From a virus, in the IMG/VR virus record IMGVR_UViG_3300011116_000925, positions 1-64,000 of that record: a stretch of DNA of 64,000 nt; one strand, written 5' to 3'. A program made the translations under genes and the position numbers. Of this stretch, positions 58,568-64,000 are shown piece after piece (positions within the stretch are counted from its first letter, which is position 1; the number at the start of each line of letters is the position of its first letter). Below the pieces are notes generated by a model. The model was not told where the DNA came from. It worked only from the letters and a program-made list of their open reading frames with translations, and did no database searches.

Positions 58568-58842
58568 TCTGAAAATGCTCGCAGTTTTTCATTCCAAGCC
58601 AAAATGAACATTCCCATATCTCGTTCATGCCTAAATGTAAAAATTGCATTTAAGAAAAAATCTGGATGTCCGTATGAAAAATTCTTAATGCCAAAATTTC
58701 TGCCACACCATTTGTTTGCATCAATACACATCTTTCTAAATTCTGATTGTAAAGAATGTTTGGCATAACTCAATGAAAATTGAATCATATTTTGGTACAG
58801 CTTCATATATACCAATAATAACACAATATTATTATTGGTCAA
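58564..58842 (-). CDS. Small FxLxW-family protein (start probably MKLYQ)
   Basis: KWCGRNFG...FTFRHERDMGMFILAW. Confidence 0.7.
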   Translation of the reverse strand: MTNNNIVLLLVYMKLYQNMIQFSLSYAKHSLQSEFRKMCIDANKWCGRNFGIKNFSYGHPDFFLNAIFTFRHERDMGMFILAWNEKLRAFSE

Positions 58843-58862
58843 TCACTACTTTGGATAAATTA

Positions 58863-59549
58863 CTATAATTTGGGCAATTTATCAGATGTTGGCCAATCAT
58901 AGTTCTTTTGGAACCTACGTATTGTTGACTTGAAATCATTTCTAAGAGTGTATCCAGATTGATTCATTTGGGTTTCATAATAATGATACAATTTTTCAAC
59001 CATACTTATATCAGACACCGTAACTAATCTTGGCCTAACTATTGATGGAGACTTCTTTCTAGTAACCACATATCCCAAATTCCAAGCAATTTGAATCTTT
59101 TCTTTTTGAGTTTTGATTTTTGATTTATTATAATACCATCCATCAGAAGTTGACATTAACGGCGTCCCAGTTGCATTATACATATGAACATTAACATAAT
59201 GATTGCGCTTCACTGGATTATATTCATCAATTGAATAAACTGAATCACCTGAACCAAATGATTCTTGTAACGATTTAAATAATTTTAAAGTTTTAATTTT
59301 ATCATCAGTGATCATAATCCATGATGAACCATGGTTTGATATTATCAATAATTCAGCAAATAAATTCATTTGTGATATGATTTGGGATACTAAATTTTTA
59401 TGTATTCGCCTAGCAACTTTACCTAAAGAAAAATTTGTTAAGATATGTGCATCTCGTTCATCTTGTGATAAATTGCTTCGATGAAGACCAATCTTAGCCT
59501 TTTTATATGCCAATAATTGTTCTAAATCTTCCTTATTAATATTAATCAT
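58863..59549 (-). CDS. Hypothetical protein
   Basis: 228-aa ORF with a sigma70-like leaderless promoter. Confidence 0.6.
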   Translation of the reverse strand: MININKEDLEQLLAYKKAKIGLHRSNLSQDERDAHILTNFSLGKVARRIHKNLVSQIISQMNLFAELLIISNHGSSWIMITDDKIKTLKLFKSLQESFGSGDSVYSIDEYNPVKRNHYVNVHMYNATGTPLMSTSDGWYYNKSKIKTQKEKIQIAWNLGYVVTRKKSPSIVRPRLVTVSDISMVEKLYHYYETQMNQSGYTLRNDFKSTIRRFQKNYDWPTSDKLPKL

Positions 59550-59594
59550 TGTTATTAATATACAACATTGAGTAATGATAGCAATAAATAAAGT

Positions 59595-60938
59595 ATGCCC
59601 AAAATAAGTCTATGGCAAAAAAATAAAAACTTAGATTACCAATTTTTTGATAGAAATATTCGTGAAATGTTTCATATTGGTGGGACAGATTTCTATATCC
59701 ATAAATATCTGGGTCCTGGTACGAACTCCACATCAAATGATCCGAGCCAACCCAACTATAATTCAAATGGTGCTCTAAATATTCAAGATTTATTATTTCT
59801 AGAAAACAGAGATCGTAAATATGATCCTGATATTTTTGAATTACGTGGATCATATACAATCACAGATATAGATTTCAATTTAACACAATTTGGAATTATG
59901 TTATCCAATGATGCAATTGTAATAACATTTCATATCAATGAAACCATTGAACGTCTTGGTAGAAAAATACTTAGTGGAGATGTTTTAGAAGTGCCACATC
60001 TTAAAGATGATTGGAGTCTTGATCTAACACAATCTGAAAGCCTTCGTAAATTTTATGTTGTGGATGACGTCGCTCCTGCATCTGAAGGATATAGCCCAAC
60101 ATGGTGGCCTCATTTGTATAGAGTAAAAGCAAAACCTATAACTGATAGTCAGGAATATAAAGATATTCTACAACAACCAACTGGAGGATTAAATCCTAAT
60201 GGTACTGATACAACATTAGCAGATTTAATTGGGACACATAATACAAATACTAATATCAATAATGCCATAATAGCTAAAGCTGAAGCAGATGCTCCATTGA
60301 GTGGTTATCAAACACAACAATTTTTTGTGATCCCAACAACAACAGATGGCGTGGTTAGTACAAATGCTTCCTTTTTATTATCAGGAAGTATTGGAAATAT
60401 TATTAAGGTAGATTCTACTGAGAATATTACTAGAGGTATGTTAGTAAAATCTGCTGGTATGCTTCCTATGACTTTGGAAGTTGATGAAATTATTGATGGC
60501 CAAACTATAAAGCTGAATGATGTTGTTACAAATTATCCTTTGAATAATAGTTTCATACGATTTGTAACAAGTACCTTGGGATGGTCAAGTGATGTATTAA
60601 CTGCAAAAACAAATGGATGGACTGCTGGATATTTGACTGGAGATGGTATTCCTCCAAATGGCTACGTGGCAACCCATGGTACATCATTTTCGGATTCACC
60701 TACAGAAGGAGAATTTTTCCTTAGAACTGATTACTATCCTAATCGACTATTTCGATTCGATGGTGCCACTTGGAGAGCAATTGAAAGCAATGTTAAAATG
60801 ACCATGACCAATAATAACATTAGAAATACACAGAAATCTGGATTTATAAACAATCAGAAAACAAACACATTTGATGGTCAAGTTGTGAATGAACGACAGA
60901 GTTTGAGCCAGGTTCTTAAACCTAAAGCTGATTTTTAA
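59595..60938 (+). CDS. Neck/head-tail connector protein (gp14-like) with C-terminal extension
   Basis: IQDLLFLENRDRKYD, DFNLTQFG, GDVLEVPH, EGYSPTWWPHLYR; AATAAATA 4 nt before ATG. Confidence 0.7.
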   Translation: MPKISLWQKNKNLDYQFFDRNIREMFHIGGTDFYIHKYLGPGTNSTSNDPSQPNYNSNGALNIQDLLFLENRDRKYDPDIFELRGSYTITDIDFNLTQFGIMLSNDAIVITFHINETIERLGRKILSGDVLEVPHLKDDWSLDLTQSESLRKFYVVDDVAPASEGYSPTWWPHLYRVKAKPITDSQEYKDILQQPTGGLNPNGTDTTLADLIGTHNTNTNINNAIIAKAEADAPLSGYQTQQFFVIPTTTDGVVSTNASFLLSGSIGNIIKVDSTENITRGMLVKSAGMLPMTLEVDEIIDGQTIKLNDVVTNYPLNNSFIRFVTSTLGWSSDVLTAKTNGWTAGYLTGDGIPPNGYVATHGTSFSDSPTEGEFFLRTDYYPNRLFRFDGATWRAIESNVKMTMTNNNIRNTQKSGFINNQKTNTFDGQVVNERQSLSQVLKPKADF

Positions 60939-60964
60939 TTTTTAAGATTATTTGGAGAAATTTA

Positions 60965-62326
60965 ATTCAATATTTTTATGACGGCCAAGTTCGCAGATAC
61001 ATAGCTCAATTTATTAGATTGTTAAGCAATGTAGGATATAAATCTGGAATCGATATCAATGGAAATGATGTCATAGTAGGTGTTCCTATAAAATATGCAG
61101 AAACTAGTAAACAAGCAAGTCTAATTCTAGTTAACAACAGTCAGAATGCTGTTCTTACTGCTCCTGCCATTGCCTGTTACATCACAGAAATGACATACAA
61201 TCGAGAACGTATGCAAGAACCAAATCATATTGATAAAATTCATGTTAGGGAACGGCAATTCGATAATGAAACAAATTCATATACGACGAATCAAGGACAG
61301 GGATACACGGTTGAGAGACATATGCCTGTTCCGTTTGATTTAATTGTCAATGCAGATTTATGGACAACCAGTACTGATCAAAAATTGCAAATCTTAGAAC
61401 AATTATTAGTGTGGTTTAATCCAAGTTTTGAGATACAAACTAATAATAATTTTATAGATTGGACTAGTTTAAGCTTAGTTGAACTAACAAATTTAACCTT
61501 TAGTAATAGAAGTATTCCAATTAATGATGATACATATGATGTAGCCACAATGACATTTACTATACCAATCTGGTTGAGTCCACCTGTGAAACTAAAGAAA
61601 CTAGGGGTGATACAAACAATTTTTGCTAACATTTATGATGACTCTGGAATGATGAATGATGATATCATTAGTGGTGTATTAATGAGCAGACAATATATTA
61701 CACCAACAAATTTTGGATTATTAATTTTAGATGGAAAAGCTAAACTTACTGCTCCTAGTGATGTTGTTACAAATTCAAATGACTCATTAACAATTCCCAC
61801 TAAATTGGGTACCGTATTAGATTGGCATAGACTCGTAAATCTATATGGTGAAATCAAAGATGGTATTAGTCTTCTACGACTAACTACTGATGAAGGAAAT
61901 GATATCATTGGCACTGTTTCGATAGATCCAGATAATGTTGATATACTAAATTTTGTAATTGATCCAGACACCATTCCAACTAATACACTAACAGCAATTA
62001 ATGCAATAATAAATCCATTAACCAAAGGACCTAATTCTGGTTTACCAACCGCAACAATTGGCCAACGATATCTTCTTGTTGATGATATTGGTAATGATAA
62101 TAATCAATATCCAGCATCTTCTTGGGGAAATATTATTGCAAAAACAAATGATATTATAGAATATGATGGATCTAATTGGATTGTAAGCTTTAATGCAGAA
62201 ACTACCAATTCAATCGCATATGTTACTAATGCATTTACTAACATACAATATAAATGGTCCGGAACACAATGGGTGAAATCATATGAGGGATCATGGGCTC
62301 CTGGTCTGTGGACATTGGTTCTATAA
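60965..62326 (+). CDS. Tail sheath stabiliser/terminator (gp15-like) with C-terminal extension; probable ATT start
   Basis: (I/M)QYFYDGQVRRYIAQFIR in frame upstream of the track's TTG; VPIKY, PVPF, QKLQILEQ...FNP; GGAGA RBS 6 nt before ATT. Confidence 0.75.
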   Translation: MQYFYDGQVRRYIAQFIRLLSNVGYKSGIDINGNDVIVGVPIKYAETSKQASLILVNNSQNAVLTAPAIACYITEMTYNRERMQEPNHIDKIHVRERQFDNETNSYTTNQGQGYTVERHMPVPFDLIVNADLWTTSTDQKLQILEQLLVWFNPSFEIQTNNNFIDWTSLSLVELTNLTFSNRSIPINDDTYDVATMTFTIPIWLSPPVKLKKLGVIQTIFANIYDDSGMMNDDIISGVLMSRQYITPTNFGLLILDGKAKLTAPSDVVTNSNDSLTIPTKLGTVLDWHRLVNLYGEIKDGISLLRLTTDEGNDIIGTVSIDPDNVDILNFVIDPDTIPTNTLTAINAIINPLTKGPNSGLPTATIGQRYLLVDDIGNDNNQYPASSWGNIIAKTNDIIEYDGSNWIVSFNAETTNSIAYVTNAFTNIQYKWSGTQWVKSYEGSWAPGLWTLVL

Positions 62327-62361
62327 CTTAATTTAGATGAATTATTATCATAATTATATGT

Positions 62362-62823
62362 ATGACAAGTTATGCAAGTGGTGGAATTTTCTATAATATC
62401 AATACTAATAAATTTTTATTTTTACTTAGAGGAGATAGTAGTTTCAAGAATAAATGGGGTATAGTTGGTGGTAAACGAGATAATTATGAATCAGATATAG
62501 ATACCATATTGCGTGAAACTAGAGAAGAAATTGGATTTCTACCTTATATCAGAAGTATAGAAGAAATTGATCAATTTATTAGTGATGACAAAAAATTTCA
62601 ATATTCTACATATTTTATTGTCGTTAATGATGAATTTAAACCAATATTAAACAGAGAACATTATGGATACGCTTGGGTTCGACTAAATTGTTGGCCCAAA
62701 CCATTACATCCTGGATTACACAAAACTTTGTCAAAAGAAATTGTACAAATGATAATTTCTAAAAAAATTACAGAATATTTTATATTCAATTCTACATCAA
62801 CAAATGCCAAGGATCAGGACTAA
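62362..62823 (+). CDS. Nudix hydrolase
   Basis: Nudix box GGK....ES....LRETREEIG; LN.EH.GYAW. Confidence 0.88.
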   Translation: MTSYASGGIFYNINTNKFLFLLRGDSSFKNKWGIVGGKRDNYESDIDTILRETREEIGFLPYIRSIEEIDQFISDDKKFQYSTYFIVVNDEFKPILNREHYGYAWVRLNCWPKPLHPGLHKTLSKEIVQMIISKKITEYFIFNSTSTNAKDQD

Positions 62824-63373
62824 ATCTTAAACTAAGTGCCCATCTATCTTCTGAAGAATAATTCTCAACCTTATGTGGTACTTTGACATTCAAAATCGTA
62901 GGTTTGTCTAATACGAAACTATCTAGGTATGTAAGATATCGTTGATCATATCCTGTATAAGATCCTCCACCATTAAATAATTCATCTTCTTTTCCAGATA
63001 CCTTAGATTCAAAAAAGAATGTTTTACTTTGTTCGCAATTTTTCATTGGCCAATTTAACGCCAAATCCTCTAATGTATGATCAGTATGAGCCATATTTCT
63101 TTTATGAATTGGAACTTTATCAAATGGTAGCGCACATATTACGGCGGCATATGTTAAATCTAGATTAAATTTTTTAAATACGTCAGTTAAAATATTAGAA
63201 TGCAATACATGTTCGTGATTTATTCTAGAAAAAAATCTATAAATCTTTCCATTTCTATCTCTAACAACAGGCGAATATGATTTCACATAATCAAATAATT
63301 TAATTGCAATTGCTCCGTCGGGATCTAAATCAAATTTCTTAAATAATGGAATTTTATTTTGTTGGAGTGACAC
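62792..63373 (-). CDS. Cupin/2OG-Fe(II) oxygenase-like protein
   Basis: PIH..., ALNWP, P.ILNV.VPHKV.N....RWALSLRF. Confidence 0.6.
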   Translation of the reverse strand: MSLQQNKIPLFKKFDLDPDGAIAIKLFDYVKSYSPVVRDRNGKIYRFFSRINHEHVLHSNILTDVFKKFNLDLTYAAVICALPFDKVPIHKRNMAHTDHTLEDLALNWPMKNCEQSKTFFFESKVSGKEDELFNGGGSYTGYDQRYLTYLDSFVLDKPTILNVKVPHKVENYSSEDRWALSLRFSPDPWHLLM

Positions 63374-63956
63374 GAGTTACTTTCATTTCATATGGATATA
63401 TCGTTTTTAAAACATATTTGGTATACAGTGGATTTTTAGAATTTTCATTTTTAGGAACAATTTCCATTGTTTCTATTGTTGCTGTCTTTCCAAGTATTTC
63501 TAGGGTTGGTTTTAACCAAGGAGTCCAAGTCATTGACGTTGGTGCAGAACTAAAAATATAATCAACATAAAAAAATTCATTAAATCCCATCATTGATACA
63601 TCAATTACTGCTTGGCTTATAGGTAAATTTTTTGCTCTTGGCTTTTTGATATTTTTATTTGAAAATGTTGCCAACCATGAAATTGCATTCAATTCCTTAT
63701 CCCACCATTTTTGAAAATGTGTGAATGCCAATAATTCATTTGCTTCATTGTATGATCCATAAAAAAAATTAATATCATTATCTGCAAGTCTTAATTTAGT
63801 ATAATAATCCCATTGACCAGTATCGACTGTTTCTGTTGGAGGAATTGGATATCCATTGGGAATTGATACCAATGGATATCCATGATAAGTTGTTGTGCTA
63901 TCACGAACCAATTTCATACTGTCGAAATCATCAGATGTCAGTCTACATATTGTCAT
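63354..63956 (-). CDS. Hypothetical protein, GNAT-like N-terminus
   Basis: ICRLTSDDF...FYGSY....LLAF pattern. Confidence 0.5.
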   Translation of the reverse strand: MTICRLTSDDFDSMKLVRDSTTTYHGYPLVSIPNGYPIPPTETVDTGQWDYYTKLRLADNDINFFYGSYNEANELLAFTHFQKWWDKELNAISWLATFSNKNIKKPRAKNLPISQAVIDVSMMGFNEFFYVDYIFSSAPTSMTWTPWLKPTLEILGKTATIETMEIVPKNENSKNPLYTKYVLKTIYPYEMKVTRVTPTK

Positions 63957-64000
63957 TTTCGTATTAACGTAATAAACGCTCCCTTCAAATCATTTATCCA

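Noticed and set aside
1351-63561. Numerous 60-130-aa ORFs antisense to well-supported genes (e.g. 1351, 4090, 9817, 38362, 43100, 59542, 61633)
   Set aside because: They largely overlap motif-bearing genes on the opposite strand and lack their own expression signals.
1-64000. Genome-wide stop-codon reassignment (TAG>Gln or TGA>Trp)
   Set aside because: Genes are full length under the standard code, and TAG and TGA end several genes at natural boundaries. Only nrdA has an internal stop.

Overview
A 64-kb segment of a large, AT-rich (roughly 30% GC by eye) T4-like myovirus or 'huge phage' genome, with most genes on the minus strand. Replication and recombination genes: class Ia ribonucleotide reductase (nrdA/nrdB), gp41-like helicase, primase, a miniature DnaE-like polymerase core, UvsW, UvsY, UvsX/RecA and gp32 SSB. 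Packaging and virion genes: large terminase, gp4, tail tube, tail sheath and gp13/14/15-like neck proteins. There is also an accessory region at about 22-36 kb. I saw no tRNA, CRISPR array, integrase or reverse transcriptase. Most notable: (1) a single in-frame amber (TAG) codon splits an otherwise intact nrdA; (2) many late genes share an N-terminal 'M(R/K)xxE..(I/L/F)xE' leader, including three tandem ADP-ribosyltransferase-like paralogs and a 1281-aa multi-module protein, suggesting a capsid-packaged effector cargo system; (3) an expanded family of about 11 small proteins ending in F-x-L-x-W lies in three arrays; (4) many genes appear to be transcribed without a leader from both sigma70-like and TAAATA late promoters; (5) a repeat-plus-hairpin leader precedes gene 32; (6) the gp15-like gene appears to start with ATT; (7) one AAA ATPase gene is a GC-rich island; (8) SpeD-like and agmatinase genes sit close together. 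All product calls come from recognising motifs by eye, not from database searches.
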